From assembly GCA_051418015.1 (NCBI GenBank), contig JBPRGF010000003.1, forward strand, positions 64,001 to 128,000: 64,000 nucleotides of DNA, given 5' to 3'. The DNA comes from Candidatus Nitrospinota bacterium M3_3B_026. Lineage in GTDB: Bacteria > Nitrospinota_A > UBA7883 > JBPRGF01. Made by a program: the position numbers and the translations under genes. The notes beneath the pieces are model-generated. The model saw nothing but the letters and a program-made list of their open reading frames with translations, had not been told where the DNA came from and made no database searches. This document shows positions 53,102 through 62,831 of the stretch, in pieces (positions within the stretch are counted from its first letter, which is position 1; every line of letters starts with the position of its first letter).

Positions 53102-54058
53102 TCATCCGAGAAAATAAGCCGCGGCGGCCCTCGCGGACAGCAAGAGGAAGAGGGCGCAGGCGAAGACGCCGTACATTAAAACGACAGCGCCCCTGACGCT
53201 ATCCCTCCCGGGGCCCGGCGCGGGATCGCCTATGACGGGCAGGCTCCTGACATCTCCATGGTACCGGTCATCCCCCCCCAGCCGGACGCCGAGGGCTCCC
53301 GCGAAGGCCGCCTCGGGCCAGCCGGAGTTGGGGCTTTCGTGCTTTCGCCCGTCCCGCAGCGCCACCCGGACAGAGTCGGCGCCGCGCCTCCCAATCGCCC
53401 ACGCCGCAAGGGGGACGAGAAGGGCCGTGAGGCGGGCGGGGATGTAGTTGACCGCGTCGTCCAGCCTGGCGGCGGCGAAACCGAACTTCGCATAGCGGCT
53501 GTCCTTGCTCCCGAACATGGAGTCCATGGTGTTCACGGCCTTGTAGAGCATCGCCCCCGCCGGACCGAAAAGCGCCGCGTAGAAAAGAGGCGCGATCACA
53601 CCGTCGGCGGTGTTCTCCGCCACGCTCTCCACGGCGGCCCGGGCCACGCCCTCCTCGTCCATGGCGGCGGTGTCCCTGCCCACGATCATCCCCACCTTGG
53701 CGCGCGCTTCTTCGATGCCGCCCGACGCCAGGGCCCGATGGACGGCCATGGCGTGATCGGCCAGGCCTCGCGCTGAAAGGGTTGTATAAATGATAAGGAC
53801 GCGCGCCGCGTCCCCCGCCGCCGGGTGGAGCGCCTCCGCCACGCCGATGACAAGGAGGACGGCCGCCAGAACCACCGGCAGCGTGACGAGAACGGCCATG
53901 GCGCCGCCGGCTCTTTCATTCTTGAAGACGCGCCGCGCCCGAGGCTCGAGGCGTTCCAGAAAAAACCCGATCCAGCGGACGGGATGCGGCGCCCGGCGCG
54001 GATCGCCCAGGAGAAGGTCCAGCGCTGCCGCTGCGAGTATCTGAAGCGCAAGGCTCAC
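53102..54058 (-). CDS. cbiB: Adenosylcobinamide-phosphate synthase
   Basis: GDP...HPV, ESVAEN..DGV, YKAVNTMDSM, SPNSGWPE; GTG start overlapping upstream stop. Confidence 0.95.
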   Translation of the reverse strand: MSLALQILAAAALDLLLGDPRRAPHPVRWIGFFLERLEPRARRVFKNERAGGAMAVLVTLPVVLAAVLLVIGVAEALHPAAGDAARVLIIYTTLSARGLADHAMAVHRALASGGIEEARAKVGMIVGRDTAAMDEEGVARAAVESVAENTADGVIAPLFYAALFGPAGAMLYKAVNTMDSMFGSKDSRYAKFGFAAARLDDAVNYIPARLTALLVPLAAWAIGRRGADSVRVALRDGRKHESPNSGWPEAAFAGALGVRLGGDDRYHGDVRSLPVIGDPAPGPGRDSVRGAVVLMYGVFACALFLLLSARAAAAYFLG

Positions 54059-56646
54059 GTAAGGCCCATGATCCTGTAGATATCGTCCACGCCCACGGAC
54101 TCGCGGAAGACCTCCGCCAGCCTGTCGAGCCTCTCCTCCACGTCGTGGCGGGCCACGACCCTCCCCTTCGGCGCAAGCCCTTTTTTCTCGCGCAGCCTGT
54201 CGATGAGCCAGCGGCGGAACTCGTCGCGGTCGAACAGCCCGTGAAGATACGTCCCCCACACGAGGCCGCAGGGCGAAGCCGCGCCTATGACCGCGCCGTC
54301 GTCGCGGACAATCAGCGGCTCCGCGCCGCCGAGGGCCGTCTCGCCGTGGTGTATCTCGTATCCCTGAGCCTCCAGCCCGGAGGCGGCGTGCCTGCCCCGC
54401 GCCCGGGCGAGGGTTTTTTCGGGCGCGAGGGAGGTCTCGACATCGAGCAGGCCCAGGCCACGCGCAGACGCCGTGGAGGACTCCACCCCGCCGGGGTCGG
54501 CGATGGACCGGCCCAGCATCTGAAAACCCCCGCACAGGCCGATGACCATCGTCTTCCCGCCGCGCGCGGCCTTCCTGACAGCCTCCGCCATGCCGGAGCG
54601 CTCAAGCTCCAGAAGATCCGGTATGACGCTTTTGCTGCCGGGGATGACGACGGCGTCGGCGTCCTCTATCTGCTCCGGCCTCTCCGCAAGGCGCAGGCTC
54701 ACGTCCGGCTCGATCATCAGCGGGTCGAAGTCGGTGAAGTTCGACGTCCGGCGCAGGCGGACAACCGCCACGGTCACGGCGTCCTCTTCCGCGGGTCCAT
54801 CCCCGTTGACGCGCGCCCTGTCCTCCTCCGGCAGGCCGATCCCCTCCATGTACGGCACGACGCCGAGGGCGGGCATGCCGAGGCGCCTTGAGGTGTAGTC
54901 GAGCGCGCCGCCGAGCAGCCGCGCATCGCCCCGGAACTTATTCACGATGAAACCGGCCAGCAGGCGCCGCTCCCATTCGGCCATCGTTTCCGCGCAGCCG
55001 ATGAACGAGGCGAAGACCCCCCCACGGTCGATGTCGCCCACGAGGACGGCCCTGGCCCCGGCGTGCCGGGCCATGCGCATATTCACTATGTCGTGGTCTT
55101 TCAGGTTTACCTCGGCGGGGCTCCCCGCCCCTTCCATCACGATCACGTCGTATTTTTCCGTCAGCTCATCGTAGGCGCTTTTCACTATGTCGAACCCGCG
55201 TTCCTTTTTGAACCTGAAATACTCGTCCACGGTCATGCTTCCCACCGGCTCCCCCAGGACGATCACCTGCGCGCCGGTGTCGCTGTTCGGTTTGAGCAGT
55301 ATGGGGTTCATCAGCGTGTCCGGCTCCAGCCCCGCCGCCTGGGCCTGCGTCGCCTGCGCCCGGCCGATCTCGCGCCCGTCGAGGGTGACGTATGAGTTCA
55401 GGGCCATGTTCTGCGCCTTGAACGGCGCGGCGCGGAAGCCGTCCCGGGCCAGTACCCGCAGCATGGCGGCGGCCAGGACGCTCTTGCCGGAGTCGGAGCC
55501 TGTCCCCTGGAACATGACGGCGGGGATTTTTCGGCGTCTTGTTTTGCCCCGGCGGACGGGCGCGACGCCGAGGGCTTTCGCCACGGCCTCCAAAAGTTTT
55601 TCGTTCTCCTCCCCCGTCCGGACGGCGACTCGAAAATACCTGTCGTCCAGCCCCTCGAAATCGGCGAGCAACCGCACGGCGATCCCTTCGGCGAGAAGCG
55701 CCTCCGAAAGACGCCGCGCGTCCATCCCCGGCGTGTCCATGCGAACGAGAAGATAGTTCGTCTCGCCGGGAAATACAGTCAGCCCGCCGATCCTCTCCAG
55801 CCCTTCCGCCAGGGCGCGCCGGAGTTTTTCGACCTCGTCGACAGTCCTTCTCTCGTATTCCCCGTCCCCTCTGAAAACCTCCGCCCCGAAAGCCTGCGCC
55901 AGCGTGTTCACCGGCCACGGCGGCGTCATCCGGCGTATCCCGCCGATGATCTCATCGTCCGCCACGGCCATCCCGAGGCGCAGGCCGGGCACGGCGTAGA
56001 GCTTGGTCAGCGAGAGGACGACGATGACGTTCGGCGGCCTGTCGTGGATCATCGAGTCGAAATCTCTCACGAACCCGCCGAAAGACTCGTCGACGAGGAA
56101 GGTCGACGCCGAATGTTCGCGGGCCAGCGCGCGCAGGGCGTCCGCGTCCAGCGTCTTTCCGGTGGGGTTGTTCGGATGTCCGAGGAAGACAAGCTCCCCG
56201 CCGCGAAGGTTTTGTCCGAGCTTTTCGATATCGAGCGCGAAACTTTTATGGCTGTCGAGGCGAAAGGTCCTGACATCCAGCCCGGCCCGGAGCGCCGCCC
56301 GGCGGTAGTCGGTGTACGAAGGCGCCGGGATCAGCGCCGCGTCGAACCGGCCGGCGAGCGGTATGGTGAAGATAAGCTCCGTCGCCCCCGCCCCGGCCGC
56401 CGCCTGTTCTTTCGGGACGCCGGTTCGTTCGCTGAACGCCTCGATCAGCTCCTCCATCTCCGGGTCAGGATACAGGGCGATGTCCTTCAGGCGGGCGTTC
56501 ACAAGAGAGCGCAGCCAGTCCGGGAACCCCAGCGGGTTCAGGCTGGCGGAGAAATCAAGCACCCGCTCGGGAGGCAGGCCCGCCTTTCGGGCGATTTGCC
56601 TGACGTTTCCGCCGTGTGTGAAATCAGGTTCGATCCGTTCTCTCAT
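54055..56646 (-). CDS. cobQ: Fused L-threonine-O-3-phosphate decarboxylase / cobyric acid synthase
   Basis: N-part HGGN, DFSASLNP, PNNPTG, SLTK.Y; C-part QGTGSDSGKS, PFKAQNM, EGAGSPAE, GTYLHG. Confidence 0.93.
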   Translation of the reverse strand: MRERIEPDFTHGGNVRQIARKAGLPPERVLDFSASLNPLGFPDWLRSLVNARLKDIALYPDPEMEELIEAFSERTGVPKEQAAAGAGATELIFTIPLAGRFDAALIPAPSYTDYRRAALRAGLDVRTFRLDSHKSFALDIEKLGQNLRGGELVFLGHPNNPTGKTLDADALRALAREHSASTFLVDESFGGFVRDFDSMIHDRPPNVIVVLSLTKLYAVPGLRLGMAVADDEIIGGIRRMTPPWPVNTLAQAFGAEVFRGDGEYERRTVDEVEKLRRALAEGLERIGGLTVFPGETNYLLVRMDTPGMDARRLSEALLAEGIAVRLLADFEGLDDRYFRVAVRTGEENEKLLEAVAKALGVAPVRRGKTRRRKIPAVMFQGTGSDSGKSVLAAAMLRVLARDGFRAAPFKAQNMALNSYVTLDGREIGRAQATQAQAAGLEPDTLMNPILLKPNSDTGAQVIVLGEPVGSMTVDEYFRFKKERGFDIVKSAYDELTEKYDVIVMEGAGSPAEVNLKDHDIVNMRMARHAGARAVLVGDIDRGGVFASFIGCAETMAEWERRLLAGFIVNKFRGDARLLGGALDYTSRRLGMPALGVVPYMEGIGLPEEDRARVNGDGPAEEDAVTVAVVRLRRTSNFTDFDPLMIEPDVSLRLAERPEQIEDADAVVIPGSKSVIPDLLELERSGMAEAVRKAARGGKTMVIGLCGGFQMLGRSIADPGGVESSTASARGLGLLDVETSLAPEKTLARARGRHAASGLEAQGYEIHHGETALGGAEPLIVRDDGAVIGAASPCGLVWGTYLHGLFDRDEFRRWLIDRLREKKGLAPKGRVVARHDVEERLDRLAEVFRESVGVDDIYRIMGLT

Positions 56647-56690
56647 GAAAAGCCGTGTCCGCCCCATCCGCTCCCTGCGCGCCAAAACGC

Positions 56691-56771
56691 TGTCATTCTG
56701 AGCCGGAGGCGAAGAATCTCGTCCGCCCCAGGCAAGACCGGCGGGATACTTCGCTGACGCTCAGCATGACA
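56691..56771. repeat. Palindromic repeat, family B
   Basis: tgtcattctgagccggaggcgaagaatc...ttcgctgacgctcagcatgaca. Confidence 0.75.
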
Positions 56772-56803
56772 CCGGTATCGCGCGGGGAGCGGATGGGGCG
56801 CCG

Positions 56804-57886
56804 TCACTTATCCGCCCGGGAGACGGCCGCCTCCTCGAAGGTGGCCACCTTCGTCAGCACACGGACGGCGCCGTCCAGCAGCGGCATGGCGAGCGCCGCG
56901 GCCGACCCTTCGCCGAGCCGCATCCCCAGGTCCAGAAGCGGCATTTTTCCCAGGGCGGCGAGGGCGGCCCGGTGGCCCGGCTCCTCGCTTTTGCTCGAGG
57001 CGATCATGTATTCCGCCGAGCGGGGCGCGATGGTCCTGGCGATCAGGGCGCCAGCGGTGGAGATGAATCCGTCCACCAGCACAGGCTTGCGCAAGGACGC
57101 CGCGCCCAGGATCAGCCCCGCGATGCCGCCGATCTCGAACCCTCCCACCTTGGCCAGGAGGTCGATCCCGTCGTTCGCGTCAGGCCGATTCGCGGCCAGC
57201 GCCCTCTCCACCACGGCGACCTTGCGCTCAAGCTGGGAGTCGTCCAGCCCCGTCCCCCTGCCCGTGATCTCCGCGGGGGGCGCGCCGGTCACCGCGGCGA
57301 CGATGGCGCTGCTCGGCGTCGTGTTGGCTATCCCCATCTCCCCCGCCGCGAAGATGTCCGTGGAATCGGCAAGGTCCAGGGCCACCTCTATCCCCGCCTC
57401 GACACAGCGGACGGCGTCCTCGCGGCTCATGGCGGGGCCTTCGGCGATGTTGGCCGTCCCCATCCCGATTTTTTTTTCCAGCACCTTGTCGCCGAGCGCG
57501 CCGGGCGCGGCGTTCACCCCCATGTCCACCACCACCACGCCCGCCCCGGCAAGGCCCGCCAGCGCGTTCACCCCCGCGCCGCCGTTGACGAAGTTGGCCA
57601 CCATCTGCCGGGTCACCTCCGCGGGGTATTTGCTCACCCCCTCCGCCGCGACGCCGTGGTCGCCGGCCATCGTCACGATCGTCTTGCGGGCGACGGGCGG
57701 GGGGGACTGCCCCGTCATGGCGGCCAGCTCCTCGGCAAGGTCCATCAGCCGCCCCAGCGCCCACGCGGGCATCGTCAGCCGCTCAAGCCTCGCCCTGGCT
57801 TTTTGCCGCGCCTCGCCGGAAAGGGGCGCGATCTTTTTTATGGTCTCCGCCAGTAAACCCGCCTCTGTCGTCTCTTCAGTCTTCAT
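56804..57886 (-). CDS. cobT: Nicotinate-nucleotide--dimethylbenzimidazole phosphoribosyltransferase
   Basis: GDHGV, GEMGIANTT, GGFEI, MRLGEGS. Confidence 0.96.
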   Translation of the reverse strand: MKTEETTEAGLLAETIKKIAPLSGEARQKARARLERLTMPAWALGRLMDLAEELAAMTGQSPPPVARKTIVTMAGDHGVAAEGVSKYPAEVTRQMVANFVNGGAGVNALAGLAGAGVVVVDMGVNAAPGALGDKVLEKKIGMGTANIAEGPAMSREDAVRCVEAGIEVALDLADSTDIFAAGEMGIANTTPSSAIVAAVTGAPPAEITGRGTGLDDSQLERKVAVVERALAANRPDANDGIDLLAKVGGFEIGGIAGLILGAASLRKPVLVDGFISTAGALIARTIAPRSAEYMIASSKSEEPGHRAALAALGKMPLLDLGMRLGEGSAAALAMPLLDGAVRVLTKVATFEEAAVSRADK

Positions 57887-57912
57887 CGTCGTCCTTTCGA
57901 TTTGAGAATGTT

Positions 57913-58443
57913 TCAGTAATCAAGATGCGGCTGGGCGGGGACTCCTTTGCTCATGGGATGCTTCACCGCTTCCATCCTTGTCACCATGTCCGCCTTCTCG
58001 ACGATCCTGTCCGGCGCGCCGCGGCCGGTCAGGATCAGGTGTGTCGACTCCGGGCGTATGTCCATCAGGCGCTCCACCTGTTCCACGGTCACAAGCTTCG
58101 CCCCGATCGCGTAGAGGATCTCGTCCAAAACGACTACGGTGTAATCGCCCGAGGCCAGCGTCCGCTCCGCGAGGAGAAGACCCTCCCGCGCCGCACGCTC
58201 GTGCTCCTCGCGGGGCGTGTCCGGCAGCCACGTGAACCCCCGGCCCACCCGGATGATCTCCAGGGCCGGCGCCATCTTCTCCGCGAACATGCTCTCGCCG
58301 GTGGGCCGCTCGCCCTTGATGAACTGTATGATCCTGCATCTGCCGCCGCGCCCCAGCGAGCGCAGCGCGACGCCGAGAGCGGCGGATGTCTTCCCCTTCC
58401 CCTCGCCGGTGAAGACCACCGTCAGCCCTTTGAAATCATTCAT
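57913..58443 (-). CDS. cobO: Cob(I)yrinic acid a,c-diamide adenosyltransferase
   Basis: TGEGKGKT, QFIKG, LDEI, LTGR. Confidence 0.95.
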   Translation of the reverse strand: MNDFKGLTVVFTGEGKGKTSAALGVALRSLGRGGRCRIIQFIKGERPTGESMFAEKMAPALEIIRVGRGFTWLPDTPREEHERAAREGLLLAERTLASGDYTVVVLDEILYAIGAKLVTVEQVERLMDIRPESTHLILTGRGAPDRIVEKADMVTRMEAVKHPMSKGVPAQPHLDY

Positions 58444-59224
58444 GGCTCGAATACCTCCCGGCGCCGTTTAAAACCTCGCGCAGGGCGGCGGCGAGGCCGT
58501 CAATGGTCTCGTGGACGTTTCCGCCCTCGCGCCGCGGCCTTTTGACCATCACCGCCGATATCCCGGCGCGCCTGGCCGCCTCGATCTTTTCGCCAACGCC
58601 GCCGGCGGCGCCGCTGTCCTTGGTGACGATCACGCCCGCGCCTGCCCTTTCGATGTGCTCAAGGTTCTCCTCCACGGAGAAGGGGCCGCGCCCGGCGATG
58701 ATGTCCTCGTCCGAAAGACCCGCCGCCCGGCATGACTCGATCGACGCGGGATGGTCCAGGACCCGCGCCACGAGCCGCGGCCCCGCCTGTCTCGCCCGAG
58801 CGGCGTAGACCGCTATGTCCTTCGACCCCGTCGCCGCGAGGACCGTCACGCCGAAAGAGAAGGCTATCCGCGCCGCCTCTTCGTGATCGTCCGCGATGGT
58901 GAGCCTTTCGTAGTCGCAGTCGATGGACGGGCGCGAGAAGACGAGGTACGGGATGCCCGCGGCAGAGGCGGCCTGCCTGGCCTCGCGGCTGGCCTCCTCG
59001 GCGAAAGGATGCGTCGCGTCCACCACCACCGCCGCGCCCTCGGTCTCGATCAGGCGCGCCAGCCCCTCGGCGGAAAGCCGTCCGGAGCGGCGCCTGATCC
59101 TTTCCCCGTCGCCCGTGCCGAGGGGGATGTCCGTCGCCGTGGAGACGAGGACGTCGACGCCCAGCCGGGCGATCCTCTCCGCGATCGGCCCCGTTTCGCT
59201 GGTCCCGCCAAGGAGGAGTATCAT
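58436..59224 (-). CDS. cbiJ: Precorrin-6A/cobalt-precorrin-6A reductase
   Basis: LLGGTSE, DATHPFA, GPFS, TKDSG. Confidence 0.94.
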   Translation of the reverse strand: MILLLGGTSETGPIAERIARLGVDVLVSTATDIPLGTGDGERIRRRSGRLSAEGLARLIETEGAAVVVDATHPFAEEASREARQAASAAGIPYLVFSRPSIDCDYERLTIADDHEEAARIAFSFGVTVLAATGSKDIAVYAARARQAGPRLVARVLDHPASIESCRAAGLSDEDIIAGRGPFSVEENLEHIERAGAGVIVTKDSGAAGGVGEKIEAARRAGISAVMVKRPRREGGNVHETIDGLAAALREVLNGAGRYSSHE

Positions 59225-60000
59225 ATATTATACCCCCGTGGGTTCACCATCCATCCGTCCAGCCTCCGCGTCGCGCTTGAGCCGATTATCACCGTCGTTC
59301 GCATGGCGATCTTCTCCTCCAGGAACCTGTCAAGGGTGGTTATGACCACCCGCTCGGCCTCCAGGCTGACGGAGTCCGCCACGCCGACGGGCGTCGAGCC
59401 GGGCCTGTGTTTCCGGAAAATCTCCGCCGCCTCCTCGAGCTGCGCCACCCTCTTTTTGCTCTTCGGGTTGTACAGCGCCACGGCGAGGTCCGCCGCCGCC
59501 ACGGCCTCGAGCCTTCGCCGGATCGTCTCCCATGGCACGAGCAGGTCGCTCAGGCTTATCGCGGCGAAGTCCAGCGCCAGCGGCGCCCCGAGGCGCGCCG
59601 CGGCGGAGTTGGCGGCGCTGACGCCGGGGATTATCTCGATCGGGACTTTTACGCTCATCTCCCCGGCCAGCTCCAGGGCAAGCCCCGCCATGCCGTAAAC
59701 GCCCGGGTCGCCGCTTGATATGAGCGCCACCTTCTCTCCCTCTTCCGCCGCCTCGAGCGCCGCGCGAGCCCGCTCCACCTCCCTTGTCATGCCGGAGGAT
59801 ATTATCCGCTTGCCCGCGGTCAGGTCCTCCACCAGCGCAAGGTAGGTGGTGTACCCGGCCACGACGCCGCACTCGGCGATCGCCATCTCCGCCCTGCGGG
59901 TCCTGTCCAGCGGGCCGCCGGGGCCTATTCCGACGACGAAGAGCTTTCCCTGGCGATCGCCACCGTCACTCCGTTGAGCTTTTTCTTTCCCAGTATTAAT
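59221..60000 (-). CDS. cbiH: Precorrin-3B C17-methyltransferase (5' end non-canonical)
   Basis: KLFVVGIGPG lies upstream of first ATG (59886); SSGDPGVYG, ISLSDLL, YNPKS, PRGY; putative ATT start at 60000. Confidence 0.88.
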   Translation of the reverse strand: MNTGKEKAQRSDGGDRQGKLFVVGIGPGGPLDRTRRAEMAIAECGVVAGYTTYLALVEDLTAGKRIISSGMTREVERARAALEAAEEGEKVALISSGDPGVYGMAGLALELAGEMSVKVPIEIIPGVSAANSAAARLGAPLALDFAAISLSDLLVPWETIRRRLEAVAAADLAVALYNPKSKKRVAQLEEAAEIFRKHRPGSTPVGVADSVSLEAERVVITTLDRFLEEKIAMRTTVIIGSSATRRLDGWMVNPRGYNI

Positions 60001-60710
60001 CGCGTCCTCCTTCCGGCAAGCAGCGCCGCGGGCTCCGCCACGGCGGGCAGGCCCACACTGCGCTTTACGAACTCCGACTCCTCGAACCTCAAAGGTGTGT
60101 TTTTTATCTGCTCCGACGGGATCAGCCTCAGCGGAACGCCGAGCGCCTCCGCGGCGGCCACGATCCCCGCCTCGTCCCCCTTGATGTCCGCCGTGGCCAA
60201 TAGCCGCACCTCGTCCACGCGCGCGTCCGCCTCGGCCAGGGCGGAGTCTATCGCGGCGAGGACCTCCTCCTTTTCCTTTCCGCGCCTTGCTCCCACGCCG
60301 ACTATCAGGTCCTTGGCCGCCTCGGTGGTGGTTGTTATAACAGGCTCGGCGGCGGCGGCGTTGGCTATCCTGAAGGCGAGATCGTTCGCCCCTCCCTCGT
60401 GTCCACTCAGAAGGCTTACGGCCCAGCGGCCGAGGACGTCCATGACGACCACGGCGGGGTCCGTCTTCTTCGAGACGAGCGCGCCGGAGACCGCGCGGAC
60501 GACGGCTCCCGCCGGGGCGGCGTAGACGATCCCGTCATACCGGCCCCACAGGCTTTGTGTAAGCTCCGCGACGCCGGAGAAACGCTCGCATGGCCCCTCG
60601 ACGGCGCCCGCGGCCTCGCTTATGTAGACGCCGGCTTCCGGGAATGATTTTTTCAGCCCCAGGACAAGCCGCGCCCCCTGCGCCGAAAGGGTGACGAAAG
60701 CCAGCCTCAT
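59925..60710 (-). CDS. cbiG: Cobalt-precorrin-5A hydrolase
   Basis: DPAVVV, LLSGHEGGAN, VITT, VGVG, VAEPAA. Confidence 0.92.
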   Translation of the reverse strand: MRLAFVTLSAQGARLVLGLKKSFPEAGVYISEAAGAVEGPCERFSGVAELTQSLWGRYDGIVYAAPAGAVVRAVSGALVSKKTDPAVVVMDVLGRWAVSLLSGHEGGANDLAFRIANAAAAEPVITTTTEAAKDLIVGVGARRGKEKEEVLAAIDSALAEADARVDEVRLLATADIKGDEAGIVAAAEALGVPLRLIPSEQIKNTPLRFEESEFVKRSVGLPAVAEPAALLAGRRTRLILGKKKLNGVTVAIARESSSSSE

Positions 60711-61468
60711 TCGCCCCGGGCCTTTCTGTATCCGTGGGAGAAGGTTTCGTCGTAGAGCCGCGAGGCCGTCCCGCCCCATTCGCCAAGCGCCGGGCCGACG
60801 GCTATCATCGCCGTTCTCGTGATCCCCGCCTCGGCCACCTTCCCCGCTATGTCCGAGAGCGTCCCGGTCACGATCCTCTCGTCCGGCCACGACGCCTTAT
60901 AGACGACGCTGACGGGCGCTTCGGAGCCGTAGCTCTCCGCGAGCTTCGCGGCCACCTTGTCCATCATGCCCGCCGAGAGGAATATCATCATCGTGGCGCG
61001 CGCCCTGGCGAGCGCGGAAAGATCCTGCTCCGGCGGGACGGGCGTCCTTCCGGCGGCGCGGGTGAGGATGACCGTCTGCGACACCTCGGGGACGGTAAGC
61101 TCCTTTTTCAGCGCCGCCGCGGCCGCCTGGAAGGAGCTTACGCCGGGGATCACCTCGTATTCCATCCCCAGCTCGTCGAGGGCGCGCATCTGCTCGCCGA
61201 TGGCGCCGTAAACGCACGGGTCGCCGGAATGAAGCCGCGCCACATCCAGCCCGCGGTCTCTCGCGCTTTTGAAGATTTTCACTACCTCCGGAAGACTCAT
61301 CTTCGCCGAGTCGCTTCTCTCCGCCTCGTCCGGGATGAGGCTCAACAACTCATCGCTTATCAGCGACCCCGCGTAGACGGCGACGCGGCAGGATTTTATG
61401 ATCCTCGCGGCCTTGACCGTCAGAAGCTCCGGGTCGCCCGGCCCCGCGCCGATGAAATAGACCTTCAC
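60707..61468 (-). CDS. cbiF: Precorrin-4 C11-methyltransferase
   Basis: GAGPGDP, YAGSL, RLHSGDP..YGA, QTVILTR. Confidence 0.95.
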   Translation of the reverse strand: MKVYFIGAGPGDPELLTVKAARIIKSCRVAVYAGSLISDELLSLIPDEAERSDSAKMSLPEVVKIFKSARDRGLDVARLHSGDPCVYGAIGEQMRALDELGMEYEVIPGVSSFQAAAAALKKELTVPEVSQTVILTRAAGRTPVPPEQDLSALARARATMMIFLSAGMMDKVAAKLAESYGSEAPVSVVYKASWPDERIVTGTLSDIAGKVAEAGITRTAMIAVGPALGEWGGTASRLYDETFSHGYRKARGE

Positions 61469-62202
61469 GCCGTCTCTCCTTTCCTCTTCCCCGCGTGCAC
61501 GAGGATGGTGGACATGTAGCCGGTCTGCTCGGTCTCGCCCCGCAGCCTCGAAAGATCCGTCTCCACCCGCTGGTCCTCCATCCCCGCGTTCGATACGAAC
61601 ACCGCGTTCTCCTGGACGCCAAGCTCCTCCAGCAGGTCTATGATCCGCTGGAGCCTTTTGCCGACCTTCATGAGGACGACCGTGCCCCCCCGCTCTATGG
61701 CCTCCCGCGCCGCGCCGAGGTCGTCGGCCGCGGGGATTATCGTCACCGGTTCCTTGCCCTCGCCCACGGGGAACGAGGTGAGCGCCGCCACCGCGTTGAA
61801 GGCCGTCACGCCGGGGATGGTGACCACCCTCGCGCCGGGTAGAGCCTTTTTGAGGGCGCGCAGAAGGTAGATGTACGTCGAGTAGAGCAGAGGGTCGCCA
61901 AGCGTCACGAAGCAGGCGTCCTCACCCGTCGAGAGCGCGTCCGCTATCGTCCTGGCGGACTCGTCCCACCGCCGCGAAAGCTCGGCCTTGTCCGTCACCA
62001 TGGGGAAGACAAGCTCGACTATCTCCGCGTCGTCCGAAACGTACCTGCGCGCTATGTCGAGCGCCAGGCTCTCGGCCTTGATCCTGGCGATGGGGACGAA
62101 GATTTTTGAGATTTTCGATATAAGCTCCGCCCCGGTGACGGTGATAAGGCCGGGATCGCCCGGCCCGACGCCGATTCCGTACAGCGCGCCCGGCGCCGTC
62201 AT
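61465..62202 (-). CDS. cbiL: Precorrin-2 C20-methyltransferase
   Basis: YGIGVGPGDP, FPM, TLGDP..YST, VVLMK. Confidence 0.94.
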   Translation of the reverse strand: MTAPGALYGIGVGPGDPGLITVTGAELISKISKIFVPIARIKAESLALDIARRYVSDDAEIVELVFPMVTDKAELSRRWDESARTIADALSTGEDACFVTLGDPLLYSTYIYLLRALKKALPGARVVTIPGVTAFNAVAALTSFPVGEGKEPVTIIPAADDLGAAREAIERGGTVVLMKVGKRLQRIIDLLEELGVQENAVFVSNAGMEDQRVETDLSRLRGETEQTGYMSTILVHAGKRKGETA

Positions 62203-62828
62203 TTCATCAACTCCTCTCTGACAAGCAAAAGCACCGCCCGCGAGGCCGCGCCGGACCCCGGAAGGCTGGCGGGGTCCGTCTCGTACACTCTCTCGTTCTC
62301 CATCCCTATGTTCTCCGCGATGATGGCGCGGCGCCCGTCGCCCAGCGCCTCGGCGAAACGGGCCGTCCACGCAAGCGCCCCGTCGCGCCCAAGCAGGACG
62401 GCGATCTTGGGGCATTCCCTCGCCCTCTCCACGGCCGCCTCGGGGTCATGGGCGTGGGCGCTTATGATCATCGCGTCCTCCCAGCCAAGCCCCGCCAGGG
62501 CGAAAGCGGCCTGGACGGAGCTTATCCCCGGTATCATCCGGCAGGCGCTCCGTCCGAACCTTTCGATGACCTGCCGGGCCAGCGAAAAAAGGCCCGGGTC
62601 GCCGCTGACAAGCAGCGCCGTTCTGCCGAGCCGCCGCTTCTCATCCAACACCTCGATGGCCTTTTGAACGTCCGCGCCGACGGTTATCCTCTCCCCGTCC
62701 CCATGGGCGAGCCGCAGGGCGTGGGCGCTGCCCACGAGAAAATCCGCCTCCCGCGCCGCCTCCCGCGCCGCCTGGGTCATGTATTCGGGCGAACCCGGTC
62801 CCACGCCTATTATTGTTATCTTCTCCAT
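62199..62828 (-). CDS. cbiE: Precorrin-6Y C5-methyltransferase
   Basis: IIGVGPG, SGDPGLF, PGISSVQ, ISAH. Confidence 0.92.
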   Translation of the reverse strand: MEKITIIGVGPGSPEYMTQAAREAAREADFLVGSAHALRLAHGDGERITVGADVQKAIEVLDEKRRLGRTALLVSGDPGLFSLARQVIERFGRSACRMIPGISSVQAAFALAGLGWEDAMIISAHAHDPEAAVERARECPKIAVLLGRDGALAWTARFAEALGDGRRAIIAENIGMENERVYETDPASLPGSGAASRAVLLLVREELMK

Positions 62829-62831
62829 CGC

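Noticed and set aside
56647..56803. Cobalamin riboswitch inside the cob operon
   Set aside because: The structure matches repeat family B and has no B12-box; the operon's 5' end lies outside the window.
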